Source: an uncultured archaeon
GTDB taxonomy: Archaea > Asgardarchaeota > Lokiarchaeia > Sigyniarchaeales > SOKP01
NCBI GenBank assembly: GCA_964632315.1
Contig: CAZWEM010000023.1
Location: forward strand, 1 to 61,794
Length of the DNA stretch: 61,794 nucleotides
Direction: 5' to 3'
How positions within the stretch are numbered: the first letter of the stretch is position 1; each line of letters begins with the position of its first letter. Below, in pieces: positions 30,825 through 40,563 of this stretch. The notes below the pieces were generated by a model. It was not told where the DNA came from. It saw only the letters and a program-made list of their open reading frames with translations, and searched no databases. The translations under genes and the position numbers were made by a program.

Positions 30825-31129
30825 TCAATTTCTACCTCTTCCATTTTTATTGCTTTTACAGGGCATTCCTCCATGCAAATCCCACACCCTTTACAATATT
30901 CTAGATCTATTTGAGGGGGGATAGTGCGTGAGACAACAGCTTCTGGACAGTATAACCAACAATTGAAACAACTTGGTTTACCAGATCTTGCGGGTATGCA
31001 TTTTTCCAAATCTATGACTGGTTTTTTAGAACTCCAAGTACCAGTTTTTCCAGCTTCTCCTTTTACTGCCTTTTGAACTGAACCCAATATTTTTTGATAA
31101 TCTTTTTTCACGTTAGTCATAGGTCTCAC
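30821..31129 (-). CDS. porD: pyruvate/2-oxoacid:ferredoxin oxidoreductase delta subunit (2[4Fe-4S])
   Basis: TGTW...P, CFNCWLYCP and YCKGCGICMEECP. Confidence 0.93.
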   Translation of the reverse strand: MRPMTNVKKDYQKILGSVQKAVKGEAGKTGTWSSKKPVIDLEKCIPARSGKPSCFNCWLYCPEAVVSRTIPPQIDLEYCKGCGICMEECPVKAIKMEEVEIE

Positions 31130-31336
31130 ATTCTTTAATCAAAAAAGTCCGATATTAGACTAAATACCCATTGAAATAAAATTCTTCTCATTTCTTATCA
31201 TAGGAAATTTTTGAGTTAATGTTATTATTATGTAATAATTCAATAAAAAATCAAAAATTCACAAAGAATTTTATAAAAAAAAAATCTTGTTTAATTTTAA
31301 GAAAGATATAGCAGAAAAAACACTTGGGGATTAAAT

Positions 31337-33580
31337 ATGGATTATAATAGAGAGGAAATCAGAAAAAAGTTTAAAGAACTATTTGAACATTCATTACAAT
31401 TGATATACGTGAATGATTTAAATGGCAATATTCTTGACGCTAATGACATCACGCTTTTGACTCTTGGTTATGAAAGGGAGGATATTGGAAGGATATCCTT
31501 CATTGACTTAGTTGATCAGGAAGATCTAATAAAAGCCTATCAGGTTACAAAAGAAATAAGGAAAACGGGAAAGCAATCTAAGATGAGTGAATATAAGATC
31601 AAGACAAAGGATGGGAATTACATATATATTGAGACTTATGGCATACCTTTAGAAAAAGAGGGAAAAGTTTTCGCTATCTTAGGAATTGCTAACAATATCA
31701 CTCAGAAAAAAATTGCAGAGCAAAAGCTTAAAGATTCAGAAGAAATGTTTCGTGCGATATATAAAGAAGGCCCAATTCCAGCCTATACTTGGCAAAAATT
31801 GGGGGAAGACTTCCTTTTAATTGATTTTAATAATGAAGCAGATAAATTAAGTTTAGGAAACGTAAAAAATTACATTGGAGAAAAAGCATCGAAGATCTAT
31901 GAAGATAGGCCAGATATGTTTAATTATCTTAAAAAATGCATGAGTGATAAAATCCATTTAACTGCAAAATACACATATAAATTCGAATTAGCAGAAGAAG
32001 AGAAGTTTATTTTGGCAAATTATGGGTATGTAAATCCAAATTTAGTAATTGAACACGCAGAGGATATAACTGAAATTAAACGAACTGAAGAGAAACTTAG
32101 AGAATCAGAATTAAAATATAGGAACATGATCAATAATTTAGATGTGGGATTTTATCAAGTAACCCTTGATGGTAAGATGATCAATCATAATAGGGCGCAT
32201 AATATCATATTGGGTTATGATCCGAATGAGACTTTAGTTGGGAAAAATGTGAGGATTTTTTGGCAACATCCCGAACAACGCGATATATATTTAGCTCAAA
32301 TACTCGAGAAAGGAAATGCAAGAAACTATGAATGCCATGCTATTACAAAAGGAGGAAAAAAGATAGTAGTAGAATTGAACTCCCATCTTATATATGATAA
32401 AGATGGAAAAGCAATTCAGATTGATGGTACGTTTAAAGATATAACAGAAAAATATGTATTAAGTGAGAAATTAAAACAATCAGAAGAAAAGTTTCGAGAT
32501 TTATATGAAAATACTCCATTGGGCATTCTTTTAATAAATGCTCGAGGGATCATTGTTGACTGTAATAAAACCATTGAACAAATAGCAGCTTATAATAAAG
32601 ATGAACTCATTGGTAAGAAATTTTTCGAATTAAACATCATTCACCCTGAAAGTGCCTCAAACATATTATCTTTATTTAAACGCTTTTTAAAAGGAGAAGA
32701 ACTTCATCGTATTGACTTTAGGCTATTTAAAAAGAATAAGGAAATTATTTGGATTAATCTACAAGCTTCTTTAATCGATATTGGAAAGGAATCCTATGTT
32801 CAAGCTATTTTTAGTGACATTACTGCAGCTAAAGAAGCTGAGTTTTTAGTAAATGAAGAGGTTAAAAAGTTAAAGGAATTAGACAAAATACGAAAAAATC
32901 TCATTTCAAGAGTGTCACACGAACTTAAAACCCCACTCGTTTCTATTATGGGAGGCACAGAACTTCTACAGACTCTTTATAAAGAAAATTTTGAACTAGA
33001 ACAGCTCGAACTCCTAGAAATGATAGCTAAGGGCGGAAAAAGACTTAAATTATTGATTGACAGTCTTATAGATATTTCAAAAATTGAATATGACAGATTT
33101 CGATTACATAAAGAACTCGAAGATCTATCCGAAATTGTGAAGGATAGTATCAGGGAATTATCTTATTTGATTAAAGAAAGAAAACTTAACATAACTGTTT
33201 CGATTCCGGATAGCTTACTGATAAATTTAGATAAAATTCGTATTGAACAGGTTATTATTAACTTGCTTTCGAATGCTATAAAAAATACTAAACCTAACGG
33301 TAGAATTGAGGTCATTTTACAGAAAAAAAGCACCACAGCAAGTTTGATTGTTTCGGATGATGGAATAGGACTAACTGATAATGAAATGGATCTCCTCTTC
33401 ACTCGATTTGGGAAAATTGAAAGATTTGGTGAGGGATTTGAATATCTTGATATTCAGGGAACTGGATTAGGTCTATTCATCTCAAAAGAGATTGTTGAGT
33501 TACATAATGGAGATATAAAGGCAGAATCAGAAGGAAGAAATAGGGGAAGCCGATTTATAGTGAAACTTCCGTTAGAGTAA
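31337..33580 (+). CDS. cytoplasmic multi-PAS sensor histidine kinase
   Basis: About four PAS/PAC repeats ending in DIT-like motifs, SHELKTPL (H box), NLLSNAIK (N box), DDGIG, GTGLGL; no TM segment or receiver domain. Confidence 0.95.
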   Translation: MDYNREEIRKKFKELFEHSLQLIYVNDLNGNILDANDITLLTLGYEREDIGRISFIDLVDQEDLIKAYQVTKEIRKTGKQSKMSEYKIKTKDGNYIYIETYGIPLEKEGKVFAILGIANNITQKKIAEQKLKDSEEMFRAIYKEGPIPAYTWQKLGEDFLLIDFNNEADKLSLGNVKNYIGEKASKIYEDRPDMFNYLKKCMSDKIHLTAKYTYKFELAEEEKFILANYGYVNPNLVIEHAEDITEIKRTEEKLRESELKYRNMINNLDVGFYQVTLDGKMINHNRAHNIILGYDPNETLVGKNVRIFWQHPEQRDIYLAQILEKGNARNYECHAITKGGKKIVVELNSHLIYDKDGKAIQIDGTFKDITEKYVLSEKLKQSEEKFRDLYENTPLGILLINARGIIVDCNKTIEQIAAYNKDELIGKKFFELNIIHPESASNILSLFKRFLKGEELHRIDFRLFKKNKEIIWINLQASLIDIGKESYVQAIFSDITAAKEAEFLVNEEVKKLKELDKIRKNLISRVSHELKTPLVSIMGGTELLQTLYKENFELEQLELLEMIAKGGKRLKLLIDSLIDISKIEYDRFRLHKELEDLSEIVKDSIRELSYLIKERKLNITVSIPDSLLINLDKIRIEQVIINLLSNAIKNTKPNGRIEVILQKKSTTASLIVSDDGIGLTDNEMDLLFTRFGKIERFGEGFEYLDIQGTGLGLFISKEIVELHNGDIKAESEGRNRGSRFIVKLPLE

Positions 33581-33583
33581 GTC

Positions 33584-34183
33584 TTATAAGATTTTTGCCA
33601 TCTTATAGCCTTTTTCGATTAACTCATAATTTAATAATCCTATTTTTTCTCCAAGTTTTTCTATTACTACCTTTCGTAAGTTCTCGAGCGTTAATTCTGG
33701 TAAAGCCTTAGATAACAAACCAAGAATTGGAGTATTTATCACGGGATTGCCATCAATAGTCAAACCTTTTTCAAGAGCTAAGTTACTAATATCAGCAACG
33801 ATGATTTTAACCTGTGGTTTGATTTGAAATTTGTCTAAAAATTCCTTAGGTTCTTTATTAGAATTTATAATAAAAGTCCCATCAGGTTTGAGAGAAAGAG
33901 CAACTTCAGGATCAAGGACAGATTCGTCAAAAACAATTAAGATATCAGGATGTTCAATCTGAGCACGATCCCATATCTTGTGCGAATGTGATAATTTTGC
34001 GTAAGCTTGAACTGGTGCTCCTCTCCTCTCAGCACCAAAGGAAGGATAAGCGTGCACATCTAAAAAATTACCACTCATATATGCTGCTTCTGCTATTATC
34101 TCACATGCAGTAACTGCGCCTTGACCTCCTCTTCCTAGCATAATAATACTGATGATGTCATTGGTTTCTTCTGTCTCTGTCAT
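33584..34183 (-). CDS. porC: pyruvate/2-oxoacid:ferredoxin oxidoreductase gamma subunit
   Basis: GRGGQGAVT, PSFGAERRGAPV and NTPILG. Confidence 0.94.
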   Translation of the reverse strand: MTETEETNDIISIIMLGRGGQGAVTACEIIAEAAYMSGNFLDVHAYPSFGAERRGAPVQAYAKLSHSHKIWDRAQIEHPDILIVFDESVLDPEVALSLKPDGTFIINSNKEPKEFLDKFQIKPQVKIIVADISNLALEKGLTIDGNPVINTPILGLLSKALPELTLENLRKVVIEKLGEKIGLLNYELIEKGYKMAKIL

Positions 34184-34370
34184 ATCTTCTCAATAAGGAG
34201 TATAATTCATCTAAATTTAGGTTCTTCATTTATATGAAGGTATCATATTCATATAAAATTTTTCTAACAGATTGTCCTTATTAGAAGTTTAAGTATTAGT
34301 GAAATAAGAAGCAAGTTTTTTATTTAATCTTCCAATTTAGATATTAGTTATAAAGGAGTAAAGTTTAGAA

Positions 34371-35216
34371 ATGAAAAAAGAAACGGGTCAATTTGATGGG
34401 AGAGAAAATAAACAACTTTTTTATCAAAATTGGCTTCCAGAATCAGATAATATTAAAGCATACATAATAGCACTTCATGGATGGGGGTCTCATTCTGACA
34501 GAATGAAGATTCCCGCGGAGTATTTCGTGGATAATGGATACGGGATTTATAGTTTTGATTTAAGGGGTCATTGGAGAAATAGTTATAATTCTCCGGGACA
34601 TATTGATAGTATGGATCATTTACAAAAAGATATAGTACTTTTTATGGATTTGGTGCGACAAAAGGCAATTGATCGTAAGATATTTTTGATGGGTCACGGT
34701 TTTGGAGGATTAATTAGCCTTATGTTTGCTATTGAACATCCTGGTTTATCAGGTGTCATTGTTACATCTCCATTGCTACGTTGGAATAATGAAATGACAT
34801 TTACAAAAAAAATTGCAAAAAAAGTTTCTCGACCGCTCTCAAAACTTTCCCCATCAAAGACAATTCCTTTAGAAATAAATCAAAATTATCTTACAAGTGA
34901 TCTGAAACTTTTAAGAAAGTATATCTCTGATAAAAATAAAACAAAACAAATTTCATTGATAACTGCTGCTGAAATTGATCGTTCTATGAAATGGGTATTA
35001 GGAAATGCAAGAAACCTAATTTGTCCGATATTCATACTACAAGCGGGAAATGATAATATTGTTGATCCAAATGTGGTAAAAAAGTTTTATGATAAACTTG
35101 AAGGTCAAGATAAAAGGTTTAAGCAATATGATGAGTTTCTTCATGAACTTTTAAATGAAAAAGGAAGAGCTGAAGTTTACAGGGATATTTATGTATGGCT
35201 TGAAAAGCATTTATGA
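34371..35216 (+). CDS. monoacylglycerol lipase/lysophospholipase family alpha/beta hydrolase, with the nucleophile Ser replaced by Gly
   Basis: LHGW, FDLRGH, GHGFGG, AGNDNIV and HELLNE. Confidence 0.85.
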   Translation: MKKETGQFDGRENKQLFYQNWLPESDNIKAYIIALHGWGSHSDRMKIPAEYFVDNGYGIYSFDLRGHWRNSYNSPGHIDSMDHLQKDIVLFMDLVRQKAIDRKIFLMGHGFGGLISLMFAIEHPGLSGVIVTSPLLRWNNEMTFTKKIAKKVSRPLSKLSPSKTIPLEINQNYLTSDLKLLRKYISDKNKTKQISLITAAEIDRSMKWVLGNARNLICPIFILQAGNDNIVDPNVVKKFYDKLEGQDKRFKQYDEFLHELLNEKGRAEVYRDIYVWLEKHL

Positions 35217-35319
35217 CTACCTTAAGCTTTACTTTTAAAGAATTAGTTTGGAATTTAAGATTTGAACATTTTTTATTTATTCAACGTTTTAAAGTCTTCA
35301 AGAACTTTACTGAATAAAG

Positions 35320-36348
35320 ATGAATGAGTACAATTTAGATTCTTTTCTTTCAAGTTTATTTGAGTGGATTGAAGGATTTGTTGTTCCAGGAAATTCTGGA
35401 TTATTTTCAGTGAAAAGGAATAGTAAAAAGGTCACTCTGTATGGATTAACAGATATGGTATTTAATCTTACAATACCAAAAAAATTGCAAGCTTATTTAT
35501 ATACTCATTCGGAATTAGACTTAGATCATTGGATAAATGCGATTCAGAGTTTTCAAGATCCTAAAACAGGTTGGTTTAGGGAACGTGGTTTTAATTTTGG
35601 ATTTCATTTTAAGGAACATAGTACAGCTTTCGCAATAGCTGCATTGAAATTATTAAATGCAGAACCTAACTTTGAACTTCGATACAAGAGTAAATTAATT
35701 ACTAAAAGAAAAGTTAGGAATTGGTTAAGGAGGGCTCCAGAATGGGGTCTTTTATTTTGGCCAGGATCACATAGAGGAGGGGGTTTGGGAGCAATTTTTG
35801 CGACATTAGGGGAGGATTCTTATCCAAATGAAAACTTTTTTAATTGGTATTTTGATTGGCTTGATGAACATGCAGATCCGGGTGTTGGTTTCTGGAGGAT
35901 CGGATGGAATCAAAAGTTAAAAAAACGCATAACAAAACATGAGTTAGGTGGATCCATTCATTACTATTGGATATACAACTTTTTGAAAAGACCAATTCCT
36001 TATCCCGAAAGAGTTATAGATTCAACTTTAAGTCTTCAAAACGAATTAGGTCTATGGGATAAAGATGTATCTTATTGTATTGATCTTGATGCGGTTTTTG
36101 CTTTATTAAGATCTCTAGGGCAAACTAATCGGTATAGAAAAAATGATATTGAAAATGCTATTATAAAATATTTAGATTATACCATTACTACCTTAAATGA
36201 TAAAAAATTTCTATTTAGATGTTACGATAATACTCACAGGTTAACTGGATGCTTAGAAGCAATAGCTGAAATTCAAAAATACATGCCCCACTTATTTAAT
36301 TTAAAGGATCATTGGATTGAAACATTAGATATAACCCCTTGGATCTAA
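35320..36348 (+). CDS. putative alpha/alpha-toroid protein (prenyltransferase/terpene-cyclase-like repeats)
   Basis: QW-like repeats FQDPKTGWF, HADPGVGFW and LQNELGLW. Confidence 0.5.
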   Translation: MNEYNLDSFLSSLFEWIEGFVVPGNSGLFSVKRNSKKVTLYGLTDMVFNLTIPKKLQAYLYTHSELDLDHWINAIQSFQDPKTGWFRERGFNFGFHFKEHSTAFAIAALKLLNAEPNFELRYKSKLITKRKVRNWLRRAPEWGLLFWPGSHRGGGLGAIFATLGEDSYPNENFFNWYFDWLDEHADPGVGFWRIGWNQKLKKRITKHELGGSIHYYWIYNFLKRPIPYPERVIDSTLSLQNELGLWDKDVSYCIDLDAVFALLRSLGQTNRYRKNDIENAIIKYLDYTITTLNDKKFLFRCYDNTHRLTGCLEAIAEIQKYMPHLFNLKDHWIETLDITPWI

Positions 36349-36449
36349 TTGAAATGATGGTTATTAAATCCGTAATAATTAGAATTAATTCTTATGAATT
36401 AATTTAGGTACTCTAAGTATATTTATTTTTAAAAAAAATGACTTAACTC

Positions 36450-39383
36450 ATGAAAAGTTCTGATTCATCTGATGATCTTCAAATGAAAGATCTCACTCCC
36501 ATGATGAAACACTGGTTCAGTGTGAAGCAAAGATATAAAGAAAAATATCCAGATCATTTGATCGCATATAGGATGGGAGACTTTTATGAATTTTTTTATG
36601 ATGATGCAATTAATGTCTCGAATTTACTTGGAATCACGCTTACAAGAAGAAAAATTGGAAATGATTCTTATCCTCTTGCAGGAATTCCTCATCATGCTGG
36701 AAGTTATATAAAAAACTTAGTTAGTTTAGGACAGACTGTCGTTGTCGTCGATCAATTAGAAGATCCATCCACTGTAAAAGGAAGGATTGTAAAGAGAGGG
36801 GTTGTTAGAATCCTCTCTCCCGGAACCATCATAGAATCTGATTTACTGAAATCTTCAGAAAATAATTATCTTTGCTCAATAGTAAAAAGCAAAATGGGAT
36901 ATGGTGTAGCGTTTACTGATATTTCTACTGGAGAATTTCTAACAACAGAATTTCTTTCAGAAGATTCTGATTCCTTGGAAAAATTGTTAAGTATATTTTC
37001 GCAGTTTGATCCAGTGGAAGTACTTATACCTTCTGAACTCAAAGAGGATGAGAAACTTTTTATTTTACTTAACGATCTTAATGACGCATTAATCAAACCT
37101 TATGAAGACTTAGTTTTTACATTCGATAATGCTTACAATACTATAATACATCACTTTAAGCTGTCTAATCTAGAAGGATTTGGATTAGAAGGAAAAGAGC
37201 TCGCAATAAGATCCAGTGGAGGATTACTTGCCTTTTTAAAAGAAGCTCAACGAGATATTCTTCCAAATATCTTTAAAATTATGTTGATACAAGAAAAAAA
37301 TGTTTTGCACTTAGATTATATCACACAAAGAAACTTAGAATTAGTAAACTCTCTCTGGGAAAAAGGAAAAGATACAACTCTTTTCTCAATCTTTAATTTA
37401 ACTCATACTCCCATGGGAACCAGATTACTTAAAAAGATAATTCTTCAGCCATTAACAAATATTGAAGAAATTAATAGGCGCCTCAACATTGTTCAAAAGT
37501 TCCGAGACGATGTCTTTCTACGTTCCGATTTAAGAGAAGAATTGAAAGTCATTGGAGATTTGGAAAGATACATCAACCGTATCACCTATTCTAATAGTTC
37601 AAATGCTAGAGATTTGGTGCATGTTAAAAATTCTTTGGATAAAATTCCAAAATTAAAAAATTTATTAGTAAAAACGGAAATCGATGAAATCGCCCAGTTT
37701 GTTGATAAAATTAACGAATTTAGAGAAATAAGAAGCCTTATCGAAGTATCAATCAAAGAAGAGCCTCCAACTACCATAAAAGAAGGAAATCTTATAAAAT
37801 TTGGATTCAATGAGAAGGTTGATGCACTAAGAGATATAATGCAAAACAGTAAAAAATACATTCTAGATTATGAACAGAAACAAAAAAGAAGATGGAATTT
37901 AAATTCAGGTCTTAAAGTAGGTCATAATAATATTTTAGGTTACTATATTCAAATAACACTAAATTCCCTCCGAAACATTCCAGAAATACCCAAGGATTAC
38001 GTTGAAAGACAAACTCTAAAAAATGCTAAAAGATATACCACCGAAGAATTAAAGAAGTTGGAAGAAAAAATTGTTGCTGCTGAAGAAGAAATAAATGATC
38101 TTGAATATGAAATTTTTTGTACGGTTAGAGAAAGAGTTTCAAGTGAAATTACCCCTATTTTAGAAACAGCGCGTAATATCGCATTTATTGATGTTTTAGC
38201 ATCATTCGCGGAATTGGCTGAAAGAAACAACTACACCCGCCCAAAAGTTTCTAATCATAATAAAATAATTATTAAGGAAGGAAGACATCCTGTTGTTGAA
38301 CAAATTAACTTCACGGATACATTCATTTCTAATGATTGTTATTTAGATACTGAAAAAGAACAAATTTTAATCATTACTGGACCTAACATGTCGGGAAAGA
38401 GCACTTATTTACGCCAAGTCGCACTGATATGTATCATTGCCCAAATGGGATGTTTTGTCCCGGCAAAATACGCAGAGATTGGTATAGTTGATAAGATATT
38501 CACAAGGATCGGTGCTTCAGATGATTTAGCGAGAAAGCTTAGTACATTTATGATAGAGATGACTGAAACAGCCAAAATTCTTAATAATGCTACCCCAAAA
38601 AGCTTGATTATAATTGATGAATTAGGTAGAGGGACGAGTACGAGTGATGGGCAGAGTATTGCGATGGCAACCCTAGAAAAGATTCATGAAATAAAAGCAA
38701 AAACATTATTTAGCACGCATTATCATCAATTGACCGAATTACAGCTACCACGCATCAAAAACTATCATTTGGATATAATTGAAAATGACGATGGAAGCAT
38801 TAATTTCGTGAGGAAGCTGAGAGAAGGAAGTACAGACAAATCATATGGGATACATGTAGCAAGATTGGCCGGTATACCCGATGATGTGATCATTCGAGCT
38901 TTTGAAATTCTTGATCAGTTGGATCAAACTGACCCATTTAAAGCAATCATTAAAAATAATGGAAACACAGAAAGTTCTGAAAAATACTATGATAAATTTA
39001 TAGAAGAAAAAAAGAAAAAATTAGATAAGATTAATCAAGAATTTAATCTAAAGCTAAATGAATTGACTAAATGTGAAGAAAATCTTCAAACTAAAGAAAC
39101 TGAATTAGGAAAAAAAAGTTATGAGATTGAAGAATTAAAGAAACAATTAAATTTATTAACTCAACAACGAGAATCTCTTAATGTTAAGAATTCAAGGCCA
39201 AAGAAGAAAAAAACAATCCAAACAACGTTCTTTAAACCCCAAATAATAAAAGAGAAGCAAATTGATGAGCAATTAGATAATTTAATAACTAAATTGAAAG
39301 ACTTGGAATTAGAGACTTTGACACCCGTTGACGCTATGAAAAAGTTGATTGAATTCAAAGAAGATTTCGAAAAATTAAAGTGA
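36450..39383 (+). CDS. mutS: DNA mismatch repair protein MutS (MutS1)
   Basis: TPMM, GDFYEFF (mismatch-binding Phe-X-Glu), TGPNMSGKS, STFMIEM, DELGRGT and SYGIHVA. Confidence 0.97.
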   Translation: MKSSDSSDDLQMKDLTPMMKHWFSVKQRYKEKYPDHLIAYRMGDFYEFFYDDAINVSNLLGITLTRRKIGNDSYPLAGIPHHAGSYIKNLVSLGQTVVVVDQLEDPSTVKGRIVKRGVVRILSPGTIIESDLLKSSENNYLCSIVKSKMGYGVAFTDISTGEFLTTEFLSEDSDSLEKLLSIFSQFDPVEVLIPSELKEDEKLFILLNDLNDALIKPYEDLVFTFDNAYNTIIHHFKLSNLEGFGLEGKELAIRSSGGLLAFLKEAQRDILPNIFKIMLIQEKNVLHLDYITQRNLELVNSLWEKGKDTTLFSIFNLTHTPMGTRLLKKIILQPLTNIEEINRRLNIVQKFRDDVFLRSDLREELKVIGDLERYINRITYSNSSNARDLVHVKNSLDKIPKLKNLLVKTEIDEIAQFVDKINEFREIRSLIEVSIKEEPPTTIKEGNLIKFGFNEKVDALRDIMQNSKKYILDYEQKQKRRWNLNSGLKVGHNNILGYYIQITLNSLRNIPEIPKDYVERQTLKNAKRYTTEELKKLEEKIVAAEEEINDLEYEIFCTVRERVSSEITPILETARNIAFIDVLASFAELAERNNYTRPKVSNHNKIIIKEGRHPVVEQINFTDTFISNDCYLDTEKEQILIITGPNMSGKSTYLRQVALICIIAQMGCFVPAKYAEIGIVDKIFTRIGASDDLARKLSTFMIEMTETAKILNNATPKSLIIIDELGRGTSTSDGQSIAMATLEKIHEIKAKTLFSTHYHQLTELQLPRIKNYHLDIIENDDGSINFVRKLREGSTDKSYGIHVARLAGIPDDVIIRAFEILDQLDQTDPFKAIIKNNGNTESSEKYYDKFIEEKKKKLDKINQEFNLKLNELTKCEENLQTKETELGKKSYEIEELKKQLNLLTQQRESLNVKNSRPKKKKTIQTTFFKPQIIKEKQIDEQLDNLITKLKDLELETLTPVDAMKKLIEFKEDFEKLK

Positions 39384-40349
39384 AGGCAAAAAATTCGGGA
39401 TAATAAAAACGATAGTGGTAATATATGCATAATAAACAGCAAAACCCGTGATAATGACCGTCCTAATTATTCTTTTCCTTTTCCCTTCATCAAAATGTTC
39501 CATGTAAAATATGTATAAGAAACTTATATACAGTAAATGAGAAGGTTGAAGTGCTTTCCACGTTATTGGATCAAAAATGGTTAACCCTACAATACCTGGA
39601 TCACTATGCCCCCAATTATCAAGCATCTGAATTAAGTAATCAGGAAAAATAATATAAGGTAAGCATATCAATAAAAATGGAATTATGTAATAGTAAAGTT
39701 CTTTGAGTTTTATCTTTTTACTCAATAAAAGAAATGGGATGAACAAAATCGCATTAATCTTGAATGTAGCTAACGTAAAAAAAATTCCTGATGCCCATTT
39801 TTTATCTTTTTCTAAAAATTCATATGAAAGAAATAAAAACAAAAGAATGAGAAAATTGGAATTACCATACCACATATCTATTATAAATCCAATTAAAAAA
39901 AATACATAGAAATTTCTTAAATCCAATGCATTTTCAAATTTCTTAAGGCACTTAAGACATACGTATATAATGATTCCACCACTTAAAATATTCCAAATAG
40001 TTACACTTATTGCGAACGGTATACTCATAGCGAACGGAATTAATTCCATTGGAAAAAAAATGAAGTACCATCCCATCGAGAAAAAAATGAAGTACCAAAA
40101 GTACAAATAATAAGGGGGCCATCCCGGAACATAAGGGGGGACTGGAATAGCATTATAGAAGTTTATCAATCCATTTTTTGAAAAACCTTCTAAAAGCAAT
40201 GCGAAATCAACGTCCTTACTTTGTTCGATGAATAATGGGAATTCTACAAAAAATTTTAAGAATCTCATAATTATGTTAAACAGAACTACAGAGATAATTA
40301 TTACAATGAGATATTTTTTAGCTTTCTCCGTTCTCGGTCCAGTAACCAT
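39375..40349 (-). CDS. GT87/DUF2029-like polytopic glycosyltransferase (GT-C fold)
   Basis: DF near the N-terminus, PPYYLY, YGNSN and LATFKI; 8-9 TM segments. Confidence 0.7.
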   Translation of the reverse strand: MVTGPRTEKAKKYLIVIIISVVLFNIIMRFLKFFVEFPLFIEQSKDVDFALLLEGFSKNGLINFYNAIPVPPYVPGWPPYYLYFWYFIFFSMGWYFIFFPMELIPFAMSIPFAISVTIWNILSGGIIIYVCLKCLKKFENALDLRNFYVFFLIGFIIDMWYGNSNFLILLFLFLSYEFLEKDKKWASGIFFTLATFKINAILFIPFLLLSKKIKLKELYYYIIPFLLICLPYIIFPDYLIQMLDNWGHSDPGIVGLTIFDPITWKALQPSHLLYISFLYIFYMEHFDEGKRKRIIRTVIITGFAVYYAYITTIVFIIPNFLPSL

Positions 40350-40563
40350 ATTTGATCAATTTATGTTTAGAAGATTATAAGACTTTTAATTTATACAAAT
40401 ATAAAAGAATTTCTTAGCCTTTTCAGTGTATAATAAATTATTGGGATTGAAATATACTTCTGGATTGCTATTTAAAATTATTTAAACCTTGATAGTCTAT
40501 TAATTTAAATATTGCCTTCATTTGATTTATTATACTGAATATCATTATTTATTTCATACATTC

